From positions 2,542,001 to 2,606,000 of the forward strand of contig CM022669.1 of the NCBI GenBank assembly GCA_012295275.1: a stretch of 64,000 bases of DNA, in the 5' to 3' direction. Below, one piece after another: positions 45,240 through 58,878 of the stretch. The position numbers and the translations under genes are program-made. The DNA comes from Chrysomallon squamiferum. Its lineage: Eukaryota; Animalia; Mollusca. Each line of letters starts with the position of its first letter. Position 1 is the first letter of the stretch. A model generated the notes under the pieces. It made no database searches and was not told the DNA's origin. It worked only from the letters and a program-made list of their open reading frames with translations.

Positions 45240-45463
45240 GATTCTTTTTGCCATCTTAGGAAGTCAGAGTTGATGGTCATGGCTGCCCAATGACACAGAA
45301 CTGAAATTTCAATCTTGTTTCACTGCACTTCGTTAACCGGCATTTGTCGACTATCGGTTGGTACTAGTCCAAGAAATACGTTTCATGGCGCCATTTTGAA
45401 CAGCATGGCCAATCAGTGATGAGTGTTTATATAATAGACCGTGTTTACCTTAGAATATTCTAA
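45240..45463 (+). promoter_or_regulatory. Probable TP53BP1 promoter and non-coding first exon
   Basis: YY1-type GCCATCTT (~45250) and ATGGCGCCATTTTG (45385-45398), GGAAGT, CCAAT 45409-45413, CpG retention, candidate donor GTATGT at 45464. Confidence 0.5.
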
Positions 45464-46137
45464 GTATGTTTTCAGAAGTTAGTTGAGAATCTGAACGAGT
45501 CACTTTAGACATTAAATAGTGAAGTATTTAAAAAATGAACACGTTACAATTTAATGTTTTCCTATGCTAAGTTACATCAAAGTTGCAAGATTGTGATTAT
45601 ACTTATGAAGATAACCATGATTAGAAGTAATAATAAAAATAACGATGTGTCATACGATTGTGTTTGATGATAATCTGTAAGTGTAAGACACTGATATTGA
45701 TAAATTACGTATTAAATTTCTTACACATAAGAACGAATGAAATTAGAGCAGAGGGAAAGTAAGATGGAAATTAAAAAAAACATAATAGAAGGTGAATGAA
45801 CTTGTATGACTGAGATTTGTGGTTGAATTATTAATGACACCGATTCTGATTAGTTTAACTTTAAGAAGCATCATCATCATCATCGTTAGCTTTTCCATTA
45901 GGTTATAGAAGACTATGTATATCATAACAATTATTCGTTGTAAAATAATGATAATGGAATTTCAACAAAGTTTGAAAATAATTTTCACAATTAAAGTAAT
46001 AAATTGAACACAGTTAAGTCACAGAATATTTGTATCTATTGACCAATCACACTATTGATATGGTTATACCAGTCAGTTTAATGTGAAGTTGCTTCAAGTA
46101 TTTGTAGCTCGATGATCTGTTACTTTTGCTATAGATT

Positions 46138-49100
46138 ATGGACATAGATGATTTTGAACAGAGTAATGAGTCGTCTCATTTCATAGTTGTTGATTCCCAA
46201 GCAGACACGCAAGACCTGGACGAAAAGCAAATACTGTGTAGTCTTCCTGCACTAAGACAGGTATAACCAAGTCAGTATTAAGTAAGATTAATTAAAATAG
46301 ACATTATCTGTATTGAAAGCCTTGACTTATTTTTTCTGTAATCAGGCATTACCAGATTAATTAGCAGGATAGCCTACATTTTGAGTGGCACAAATTCTGC
46401 AGATTCAGAGGTAGTTCATTTTTATATTTATTAAAGAAAACAATAAACAAACACAAAAATATCTATAAAGGTTAAATGAACAGTAAATGCCTAAAATTAT
46501 AATACTATCATAAACTAGCTCCTAAAAATTGGTTAAAAAGTCTTTAAAAATAAGGAATAATAAATTTCTGATTGAATATTGAAAGAGATTAATCCAAATT
46601 AAAATAACGAAAATACTTAATTGTCAGTATTTACGTAGATATAACTAAATGAATTTCTAATTAGTTTGTTTTGTTTCTTATAATTTAATTATGAATATAA
46701 CTTGTTTTTTTCTTGTATATTTGTATTATTCTGTTAAAGTTAATTTTTTTTTTTTTTTTTTTTTTTTTTTCAAATCTAATTTAAGATTTGCCTTACAGGA
46801 ATCTCCATGTTCACCAATTATTAAACAGACTGGCATGGACAATTTGAACACGAAGAGTAAGAAATTCAGATATGTATTACATAAGTTCCACATATTATAC
46901 AAACTTTTTTATTTAAGGAACTTCTGTCAAAACAAATATTATTAATTGTGTTCATTGAAATAATTATAAACAATATAAAAGTAATAATTGTTTCTTCATC
47001 AGTAAAAGTTTCTTCATTTCGACAATTATTTAAATAATGTAAGAGTATTTAAATAATTTGCAGTTCTGTTATTTAAAAATAAAATATATTCATGTAAATG
47101 CTTGTTTTTTTGTTCTATCTTTTATATATAATTATTAATTTTGCACTCTCTTTACTTATAAGCAATATCAAAACACTAATAATACAACATAATTAATAAA
47201 TTACTAAAATTTAAACCCTATAACTTTGAATTTTAAGTTTTTCTGCCAGCAACGGACAGTGAAAGTGAAGTTCAACCTACTCCAGGCATTGAACAAGTCA
47301 TAATGGAAACTGAAAGGTAATTTTTAAAATATTCTTTCATTTCTTATCCCAGTCATTTTTCTAATCACATTTCAAGGACAAACAATATCTGTATTACATT
47401 TGAATGCTTATGCCTTGATTTGTTTAGACAGTAGGTGGGCTAGATAGGCTGATAGGTACATATATTGGTAGACTCTACTTCCATTTGTATTAGTACTTGC
47501 TGGTCATCATTACTAACAGTTTTGTCTTACTATTAAAGTTGAAATAAACATTATCAAAAATAAAGTGAGTAAAATTTTTAATTTTTTTTGTCATATTTTT
47601 GATGTTTTGTGGGTATGTAATACTTTTCTTGTCAGTTTACCTGTAGCAAGAGTAAAGAAAAATATATAGTGATTATTAATATCAGGTAAAGTTATCTTTA
47701 TGTTCATTATCACTTAATATTTTATTTATATTTTATTGTTTGTTTGTTTAATAGTGAGACACAGGCAGGGAGCAGCTCCAGTGAAAACAATGGTGATGTG
47801 ACAGTTATTGAAAAAACAGGTTACTCTTGCATAAATAAAACTATAAATTAATTTGTATGCTTTGTGACCTATTTTCAGTATTAGAAAAACATTATTAAAA
47901 GCAGTGAATATTAAATATACTTGTAATGAAAATAAAATGAAATGAAGAATTATTATAATGCCAATTCAGTTTTTCCCTCCCATCATTATCAAAAAGGTTT
48001 GTGGAATGGTATTTTTCAGATTTTTCATTTTTACTATGACTTCTTGACTTTTTGCAGTCATTACTTGTTTAAAGTAAGGTAAATACAGAACATTTTGAAT
48101 TTGTTGTATTTTATATTTGTTTTTATTTTATTTTTTATTTCATTCTGCAGAAAGAGAAATAGACAAAGAGGTTATTTCTTCGTCTTCTCATGGGTATGTT
48201 TGACATTTCAGAATTATTATAATGTACATATGGTAACATAAATAAATAGTCTAAACATTACATAGTTGTGTTTCATTTGTATTGTCTCTAATGTTTATTA
48301 ACAGCAAAGTAACACAATGTAAAATGCAACTAAAAAAGTATTTGTCTGTTTTCTTCAGTCTGACTAATTTGCACTACATTTCCTTCCAGTATCAAGAAAA
48401 ATAATTGTCAGTCCACTGTGCATTTTTTATTGTCATGCTTGTTATTAATGAGGATAGGTTACCAAGGACAATCAAATAATAATTTGAAAATATCTATGTT
48501 TTACTGTTCCTTACTGAACTATATCTACTGAAAAATTAGAATAATGTATTCAATTATAAATTATAAATGGATATTGTTGAAATGTGATATAAAAATTATA
48601 ATTTTTGTACACATTCACTAATTGAATTCATAAATGCTGTAAATCAGAAAATGTTGTAGTATTTGAAATATCACAGAATGTAGAGAAACCTAAAAAATAT
48701 TAAACTCATTACACTAAAGAAGATTCTAAAAAAAAAAAAAAAAATTATTTTGTGTTTAAAAACAAATGTTAGTAAAGTTTTATACCATCAGTATGATATT
48801 TTTATAAATAATATTAAGTTTTAATTGTAATTTTTTTCTAATACATAGCATATTCAATAATATCACATCTGTTATGAAAACAAAAGTGTAAAGACATTTA
48901 TCTTTAATATTTAAATTGTATTTTTCTTTTTTCTTACAGTTCTAAAGCATTTGAACTGTTCAAAACAAGCATGTCAGATAACAATAATTATGAGGAAGGT
49001 TGGTTTGATAAATTTCAAGGAAATATTTTTGCTGAGAAATGATATTATCAAACTGATTGTTCTTGAATGGTTGTTAATGTTTGTTGACATATAATATCTA

Positions 49101-49652
49101 AAACAAACCACCTAGTTATTTTGCATGAAATCTCAAAGGTTTTATTAATGTCATACTTTATTATTATGACAGCTTATTTTGAAATTGAATTAATCCTTTT
49201 TAGCTGATAATGATAGCAGTTTTATAATACCTTTTGCAGTTTTATATTTCCTTAAAGATATTTGATAAAATTAAACAAATGAAATGTTTATATGACTACA
49301 AATTACACACACACACTTACTGATTAATTAACATTATTAATAATTAATTCATAACAAATATATTTTAAAATATTAATTTCATCATGATTTCACTAAAAGA
49401 TAATGATTAATTGCAGAACATTTGGTGTCTACTCCTTCACACTACATAGGCTCCCTTCATTTCTCAGGACAGCCAATACTTGTTCCTGAAACTGTTGATG
49501 AAAGTCAGTAAGTGTGTTTTGTTTTAAAAAGAAAACATCACAGGTCAGTAATGGTACTTCTAAATTAATATTATAAAATTTAGAAAATTCTGTATGTGGA
49601 CAACTTCTAAAAAAATGTGAATGTAATGTAAAGAGTAAATTGTTATAAGAGG

Positions 49653-49687
<35 letters not shown>

Positions 49688-50502
49688 CAGAATTAAGTCT
49701 TATAACTAACATTTTTAGCTGTAAATAGAGCAGTGGAAACAAATAAAATATGTTTGGGTTTTTTAGTTTTATGAAAAAAGATAAATTAATTATATTTCTC
49801 TCTTTAAAAAATTTAGGATTTTTTTTTTTTTTTTTTTAAATATTTTTATTACAGTTTTGCACCAGTTGTTGAGTATAACAGAGCTTTCATTCAAGGATGC
49901 AGTTTATAAAATTATGGTTTTGTAAAAAGTGTGTAATTGCTTATATATATATAATAATTTTATATTTTACAGAAATGAGTTGTCTGGCTCTCCAGAAGCT
50001 TATGGTGATTTTCTAGCAATCATTCCTAATTCACCAACACAATTTGCTGATGAAGGTAACAGTATTGTTTGCTATCAGTCATATAAACATTTCATAATTT
50101 ATAATTTCTTCTCTAATGTAAACCTAACTGACATTTGATAACTGTAATTTAGAAAAATAATTCATGTATGATTTTTAAAAGGCAAGACTGGACAGTTCTG
50201 AAAAAAAGGCAAATCTCTGATGTCACTTACATTTTTCATCTGCACTGAATAAAAAAAAGAAGAAAACAAAAAAGAAACTTTTTATTCTTTTTAAAGTAAA
50301 ATGGAGTATAAATTTATATTATTGTGAAATTATCTATTAAACTGTACTCATACATGAGTTATATTAGGTATAAATACTGATATGTATCCTTGAAATGTGA
50401 TTTCTGTGATATTTTAATGTATTCTTACATTATAATAATCACAGATTAATTTTTTTTTTTTATATGTATATTTGTTTTCTATAAATATATTCTAGTTAAT
50501 TC

Positions 50503-50558
<56 letters not shown>

Positions 50559-51004
50559 CTAAAATAAAAAATATAATGGCAGTTTTCGTAGATTTTAGTT
50601 AATTTCTTATATTGTGCTGTCTCAAGAATATTATGATAAATGATTGTTTTTGAAATTTCAGATAGTGATGAAGTAAAACAAACTCAAGAATTAATGGTAA
50701 TTTTAATAAAATGAAACAATGAAAAAAGATATTTCCTTCAAAATTAATTTCAACTGAATTGATAGTAATATATTACAATTATTTAGAAAATATCTTATAA
50801 AAAAATCAAATTAAAATTTTGCTATAAATACTGTATCTAGCAGGATTTAAATTTGTTCAACGATTTTCCAAAATAATTGATATTAAATTTGAAATTTCTT
50901 TGTTTTAAACTAAGATTTTTTGAATTATAATGAGTGTATTTAAATTTTTAAAGTTATAAAAATTATTCAGTTTTTTTATGGATCATTTTTATATATTTTA
51001 TATT

Positions 51005-51040
<36 letters not shown>

Positions 51041-54000
51041 TCTCTTGTGTGTCAGAAATCTACATTTTTAATAACGAAAATAAAACTAATAAATAAATGA
51101 AAATTTAATATATAGATTGAAGCTGTAGATGAGCAGATGTCAATGAACCTTGATGTTGAAACTCAAAATCAAGATTCTCTGCACCTTGCTCTAACAGAAA
51201 CTGATACAGGAATTATGGAGATGGAGACACAGGTGTTTTGCTTTTCTGCTGATAATAAAACGGCTTCACATATCACCAAACTGTCATTCAAAAACTATAT
51301 ATAAATTCATCCATTTCTCATTTTGTATATAAACGTGTGGTTGCACGTGCATGATATCTGACATTATGAAGTTGCTTTACACCACTATTTTAAAGATTCA
51401 TTTTATATGTAATTAATTTCACTTGCTTTTTAACATCATTTGATACCCAATAGCAGGCAAATGTTTTATTTTTTTTATTTTAATTTTTAATTTTTTTGTT
51501 TTTTTTGGTTGCCATTGTCATGGAGTGTTTTTTAACTTATTATCTGTATGAATCGACTGTGTTCTAATTATAAGTAATTATCATAGTGTTAAAGAATGTT
51601 GTACAAAATATTAAACTTTATTAATTACAAAATTAAATGATTAAGTGACAATATTTGCAGTGGTGTATGTGTATTAAAACATAGTATGTTAAAAAGGGTC
51701 TAAAGCTATTTATTAATGAATGTTATTTAGCTAAAGTTGAAATTTTACTTTGTTCATTTATGAATTGTTGAAAACTTTTTTTTTGTTTTTTGGCAGTCCA
51801 CTTTATCACAGAATACAACAGTTTATGAAAGTAAAGGAAATGGTAAGATTGTCTGAGTTTTCATGTTCTTAAAATAGTATGACAGTTTTATATCTGGAAT
51901 ATTTGTTTTGTCACTACGATGTTTTTCTGAACAAACTAATGTCTTTAAAATTTAATCAATATTAATTTGAAATTTTAATTTTCTTTCTTTTTTCTTTGCT
52001 GATATCTGTGTTAATAAGAAACTAATTACAATTAGTAGAGAAATTTACTGTAATTATGTTTAACAGAGGATCAGTTCTTTAAGGAATTCTTACCAGAGTT
52101 CTTACATGAACAGATTGTGTTCCAGGTATCAAAATCAACCAGTTTATCTAGGATTGATTGTTTATGAGCTTGTCTGAATAGTCTCTAATATACACATGAG
52201 TTTATATAAAAACATCAAAAACTGTGTCATGAAATAAAATATTATTTGTTCTATTACAAATCTGTAACAGATAAAACTGTAGAGACTCAAGATCTTGCTC
52301 TTCATATATCACCATCTGAAGGAGAGATTTTAAGTACAGGTCAGTGAAAAGATAAAATCTTTATTAGAATTAGTTATGAATTTTTCCATACAGAGAGATG
52401 TAGTTCACTGGTGAAATCCTCGTCTGACTTATTGTTTTTAAGATTATTTTATACAGATAACAAGAACCCAATTATCTGGCAGCAGGTGATTCTATGCTAG
52501 GAAAATACTTTTGAATAAAACAGATTTAAAAATTATGTTATACAGAACAATTTGTTTTATATTTTTTATTTATTATTATTCAAGGAAACAGTGAGAAAAA
52601 CAGAACAGAAGTGACAAAAGCCAAGTCCCCTTCTAAATCCAAAATGTCAGGAAAGATGGAACAGAAGAAATCAAAGTCAATGTCACAACCAGAAATATCA
52701 GAAAAAATAGAACAGAAGAAATCAAAGTCAACATCACAACCAGAAATGTCAGAAGAAATAGAAAAGAAGAAATCAAAGTCAATGTCACAACCAGAAATGT
52801 CAGAAAAAATGGAACAGAAGAAATCAAAGTCAACATCACAACCAGAAATGTCAGAAGAAATAGAAAAGAAGAAATCAAAGTCAATGTCACAACCAGAAAT
52901 GTCAGAAAAAATGGAACAGAAGAAATCAAAGTCAACATCACAACCAGAAATGTCAGAAGAAATAGAAAAGAAGAAATCAAAGTCAATGTCACAACCAGAA
53001 ATGTCTGAGAAATTAGGTAAGAGATTTTTAATCACATTCAAACAGACTCAAATAAAAGTAAAAACTTTCTTTACAAGTTTACAAGTTAGTGAAAGCAGTA
53101 AGATTAATATTATAACCAGCTCTTTTTCTTTTATTTGGTGACATATTTTCACTGTATTTAATGAAGTGAAACAAACCTCAATATTTTTTAAAAGATTTCA
53201 AATATATTCCTTTATAAATTTACCAGTTACCGAACGTAATATTTTTTATACTGTCTGTTGATTTCTGGTTTGTTGCATTTATCTAATTAAAACTAATCAT
53301 TGTGTGTTTTCTGCATTTTCTAATCATTGTTTAAATTCTGTTGATGATAAAATATATATCAAATAAAAATTACCATTTCTATTCCATTATAATTCATAGA
53401 GAATAATGCTTTCAGTTTCTCATTAAAAAGTAACTTCTTTTTTGGTAAATTTTCAGCACTGGAAACTTCATTATATAAGGAGTTTGTTAAACATACATTC
53501 ATTTCTCTGCTTTTCTTTTTTATTTATTTATTTATTTATTTATTGTTTCTATAAAAATTTTTTTTGTTTTTTTTAACTTGAAAGGTGATTTTCATTTGTC
53601 ATTGCCAAAAGAAGGAATGTTGCTTCATCCAGTTATACCCCAGTACTCGGAAAAAAGCCAAACATGTCAAAGGTTTGCTTTCTTTTTTTCGTATAAATGT
53701 TTTGTTATATTTTTTAAATTTAACTTTGTGTAATGAAAGAAAGAGAATTAATGCATGTAAGAGAAATATTCTGGTGTGTTATGAGCCAGAAAGAGATGTG
53801 TGTGAAAAAGAGAAAGTGTTTTGTATCACATTCTTTGATTTCCCTATAACGAATGGATAAATCTGTAATGTTGCTCCTTTAACATGTAGCATCAATATGT
53901 TCCATAACTCTAAATTACAATTGTTTTTGCAGATAATAAAGTTTATTAATAGCTAATTATAAATACAAGACAAGCCTGATGAAAACTATTTCATGAAGTT

Positions 54001-57000
54001 TAACTATATCCAGTATTAATTATACATTAACTGCTTCATTTCAGAATTAGTTATTTTCTTCAGTAGTTTTTTTAATCTGAAATATTGCTATATATTTTTT
54101 TCAAAATATTGCTTCGTTTTTGTTAGAGAGGATGTTTCTAAAAGTGGAGTAACTGTTTCTGTGACACCAGGAATAAACAACAGTACTGAGTCGACAGGCG
54201 AAGAAGCTTCATTTCATTTTCAAAGTTTGTATACAGCTTTTAATAACTTATATTACAGAGGGCCCTTGCTAGGCACTTCCCTGTGTACATCATTATGCAT
54301 GTACATCAGCAACAGATAAGGAACATTCAGTTAATGTCCTTTCTGTTTTGCAGTTATTCTGTTTTTGGATGAAATGAATGTGAACAGTGTCTGAATTCCT
54401 TGGCAATGATTGTCATTGTTTTTATTTTTTTATTTTTTTTATTTTTTATTTTTATTGTATATTTATTTTTATTAGTTATATTGTGTAATAAGTTTTTTTT
54501 GTACACTACAACAAGTAAGTCAAATGGTGAAAAATCTGCATTATTTACATTAATACTTCTTTAAAAGTTGTGATTTTTCATGTTTTCATGGTACACATTG
54601 ACGATGTATGCTTGTTTTATTCTGATCAACAGCATAGCACATAAAAATGTATTATAGCTCTTTACACTGTATTTTTAAATTGCTAATTTTACAAATGTGG
54701 ACATTTATTAGCACTATTGTTTTAAAAGTGCTTCATTAATCTGTTCTAAATAACTGCACAAATTTTATATCTATTATTTAAAAAAATATATTAAAATATT
54801 TTTCTTAAATAAGCTTACTTTCATGATATCCCATATCTTGATAATGTCAGTTTGTTCAGATTAGTATGATAGTTTTATTATTAATTACAGGTGTGTAAAC
54901 TTTACTAATAATGAAGTTTAATATTTTAAGCAATTATATCTAACATTATTATTTTTATTATTTTAAAGACATTACTAACAGTAAAAAATAAAAATAAAAA
55001 TGCAGGAACAAGCCAGTATTGTTGTTTTTTAACTGATATCTGAATCTCTTTCAGAACCTGAACTCTCACTAATGGAGACTAATGATGAAAGTGAAGAGAA
55101 TGTTTTCAAAAAAACTAAAATGAGCTCAGGAAAACCTCTGCAGCAGCTGGATACTCACAAAAGGCAAGTTTTTAATAATGTCTAAATTGCTGCACCTGTA
55201 TATCAAAACTGAATTTAAAATTACATTATCAAATTGTTTTTCTCGCTGTGTTTTTCTGCAAGAAAGACTGGGAGGGTAAATGAATTAATTTTTGGATTGC
55301 TTCATAAAAATAAGAATAATAATTTAACCTTTGTAATCACATTTATTATGTTAAAAGGTTTAGTTTTTTTGTGTGTCCTCGTGTTTACAATTAAATAGAT
55401 AAAATGTGTGTGTGATACAAATAATGTTAATTTACTATGTATCTTTATAGTGAGGAGTTACAGCTTCATCAATCAGGACAACATGAAGAAGAAGAGGTAG
55501 GTAAACCTGTGACTAGTTACCCTGTTGCCGTTGCCTCAAATCCCATTGATTCAGTGATTGTCACATGTTTAAAATCTTACTGTAACTCCACAAGGCAACA
55601 TAATTGGCACAGCTATAATGGGTAATCAATTGATACTTCTTGGAACCATACTTTATAGAACAAAAAAAAAAAGTATAAAGAGCAGAAAGTTAGCTTAGAG
55701 CTGTGCATTATACCATTTAATCTCAGCAAGATTGTGTAATCATCCAAAAATAAAAGTTATCACCTGTAATTTGAATGAAGATTAAATTTATGTTTTCCAG
55801 CTACCTTCCACCTCTTAAAAGGTCCAAGACTTTCCAAAATCCCCACCAGAATCTGATGATTTGTTTCTGTATATCTGATGTATCTACTTTCCATGTTTTC
55901 ATTTTATTCATAAAGGAAATCTAATAAAATATTTATATAAACTAAGCAACTACTGGAATTACAGTCAAAAATATTTCAGGATCTTTTTGTATTTTTAAAT
56001 TCATTTTACACAAGATAATATGACATTTTGTAAAGAGAAGTAATTTATTTTAGACTTTGAGAAAAACAGCATATGATGAAAGCACTGAGGTTTATGAAGT
56101 TGAGAGAGGGACTGAAGAAATAGAAGAGAGACATAATACACTGGCAGTCGACAAAGCTATGAACAAGGATGAAGAAATAGAAAAAACACAGACAGAAAAG
56201 TCTTTAAAGCCAGTATCAGAACCTCTTGATGTTGACCATGGAGAAGTGGAACATCAGACATCAACTGAAATAGCAGATAAAACCCCAGATCACAGGGATA
56301 GGTTAGAACAGGATAATGGAAGACATAGATCAGTGCTGACATCTAGAGTCAAGTCAGGCCCCACACAAACAGTGACAGGTAAAGACAAAACAGATCCATA
56401 CACATTCCACAGCTCTCAGTCTCAGCCCAGAGAACCTGCACCAACTACCTCAGCAAGGAAACCAGCCAAGGTGAGTTTAGTTTCGAACTGATATGAGTAC
56501 ATGTATACACACACACATTGTTTGTTTGATATGTTCACAAATCTAAACATGCTTGCCAAAAAATTGTTTAACTATAAATCTTTGCCTTCAAACATTTATT
56601 TCAAATATCTTTAGTTTGTTTATTTATTTTTACTATGTAGGAACTGATTTATGATGATAGATTTTCACAGAAATATAAAATTAATTTAACTTCAGACTCT
56701 GGCACAGTCTTACCCACAAACTCCACTTTCTACGAAGAAGAGGAAGTTATCATTATAGAAAAACTAGAATAAAACGAGCATGGAGCACAAGAAGGTCACT
56801 GTCTTCAACAGAAATGGAGGATAACTCAAAAGCAGAACCTCCCACAAAAAAACTCAAACAGTCTGTTAAGAAATTCACACAGCTTTCACATAAATCAGGC
56901 GCATCAAATCCTGCAGCAAGCAAAACTATTGAATTACCAGCAACAAGTAAATATACATCTTTCTTTCTTTTCTTTTTCATCATCTGTTTGTTTTGAAGTT

Positions 57001-58834
57001 ATTATCATGAACAGTTCAATGCTTGCAACTTTATGAGACATCTGACAGTAGCATTTTTTATTATTTATTTTTAATTCATTTTTTTTTAATAATTATTATT
57101 TTTATATATTTAATTTAATTTTTTATAAATTATTATTATATATATGTATAGCAGTTAGAGGATTGATAAGTACACATTACCAAGAAGTGGTGAATGATAT
57201 ACATTATACTTTGAAAAGTTAGTTTTTATTTTAATAGGTGCGTAAGTGGATTTTAGAGTTAACTGTCTAATTATTTATATTTAGTCTTTAAATGTTAACT
57301 TTTTTTATTTGTCAGCTTCTAATAACAAAGTGACACTGATGTCTCCAACATCAACTACTGGTGAATCTCAAACAACCAGCAAAAGAAGAAGTGTAGAATT
57401 TGCTGCGGGTGTCCATGTCGAATCTCAGGTAATATTGTTGATCAAAGTTTTCTCAAAATGTGGGTAAGAGAAAAAAGAAGCCAAATTTGTGATCAAGAAA
57501 AAAAGGAAGGGTTGTTTATTCATTGGGTTTTTTATTTTATTCTCACGATTTATTATTTACAAAAATTGATGGTCACTTTAGTGTGTACTGAATGCTTTCA
57601 TTCTTTTGTTTTGTTTTTTTGTCATAGGTGCACTTTAAATTCAGCATATCATACCTTAGTATGTTAAAAAATATAAATTATAAATAATATATATAGACTA
57701 AATGAGTATATTAAGAGATTGTTTTAATTTTTACTTACAGTATGTTAATCTGCCAGTGTCCATGACTCCAGATTCAGATGACTTGATTGAAAAGACAATA
57801 GTTGAAGTGACTTCACAAATTATCAAACATTACAAAAAGGTCATTACATCTGCCAAGGATGGACATGTTATTGAGACAAAGGAATGGGAGGTTTGTTTCT
57901 ATGGTTACAAATGCTTCACTAATCTTTATATAACTGAATGTGAGATACCTGACCCTACCTCATTATATCCAGCAAAATGCAGTATGCATATGTACAGAGA
58001 GAATCAACAAAATATATTTTTCTAATATTTTGAATGTACTGAAAATACATGTGTCATTTGTTCACAATTTCTACATTAGAATATATGATTTTTGTTGTGT
58101 TTGGCATAAGGACTGAGTTAATTACTGACTTCTGACTTGCAGGAGCATGATGAGCCAGTTTTTTTGAAGAAAGTTGAAGTTACAAACTATTTGAATCCCA
58201 TTCTGTCACCTTCACGAACTGGCAGCTCACTTACATCTGGTGATTTAGGAGACATTTCAAGCAGTGGTTTATCTCGACATACCAGTTCTGGATCAAAAGG
58301 AGGTGCAAGCCTGGAAATTGCTTCTCTTTCTAAGTCACAACCAGATACTACCCCCAGACAAGAGGGGAACAACTCTGAAGAACACAGCTATGAAGGTAGT
58401 GGGACTCCTGATGTGTCGGGCATTGAGAAGACAGACAGCAGGCATGGAGCAGTAGTAAGCAGTGCTGAAAGTAAGAAAACAGAATCTTTGTTCACCAGTC
58501 CAGAAATACAGAAAGTATCTCCACCAGTTACAAGTCCTTCAAGAGACAAAGTGGCTTCCAGTTCTAGCTTGGAGTCAGATATTCCTCCAGCACAGACATC
58601 GTGTTTGCAGACAAGAAAGTCAAAGTCATCAAGTTCATCACTGGATTATCTTCTGAGAGAAGAAAAAACTAACCAAAACAAATCCTCTCAGGAAAGTGGT
58701 GGGTTTTCAGTGCGAGGATCTGGCGTTAATGTCTGCAGAGTGTCACAAGTGAGCAGGTTATCTGATGTTAGGAAATCTGACAAGTTACAAACAGGTTTGT
58801 GACAATTGATTTGAGAGAGAGAGAAAGAGAGTTA

Positions 58835-58878
<44 letters not shown>

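Noticed and set aside
46346-46410. Extra TP53BP1 exon candidates at 46346-46410, 52067-52125 and 52457-52485
   Set aside because: They have AG/GT borders, but lengths of 65, 59 and 29 nt break the frame and the flanking exons join in phase without them. They could only be real as poison exons or if the assembly has indels.
52580-53041. Minus-strand repetitive ORFs (DISGCDIDFDFF; MLTLISS)
   Set aside because: Antisense shadows of the 53BP1 coding repeat.
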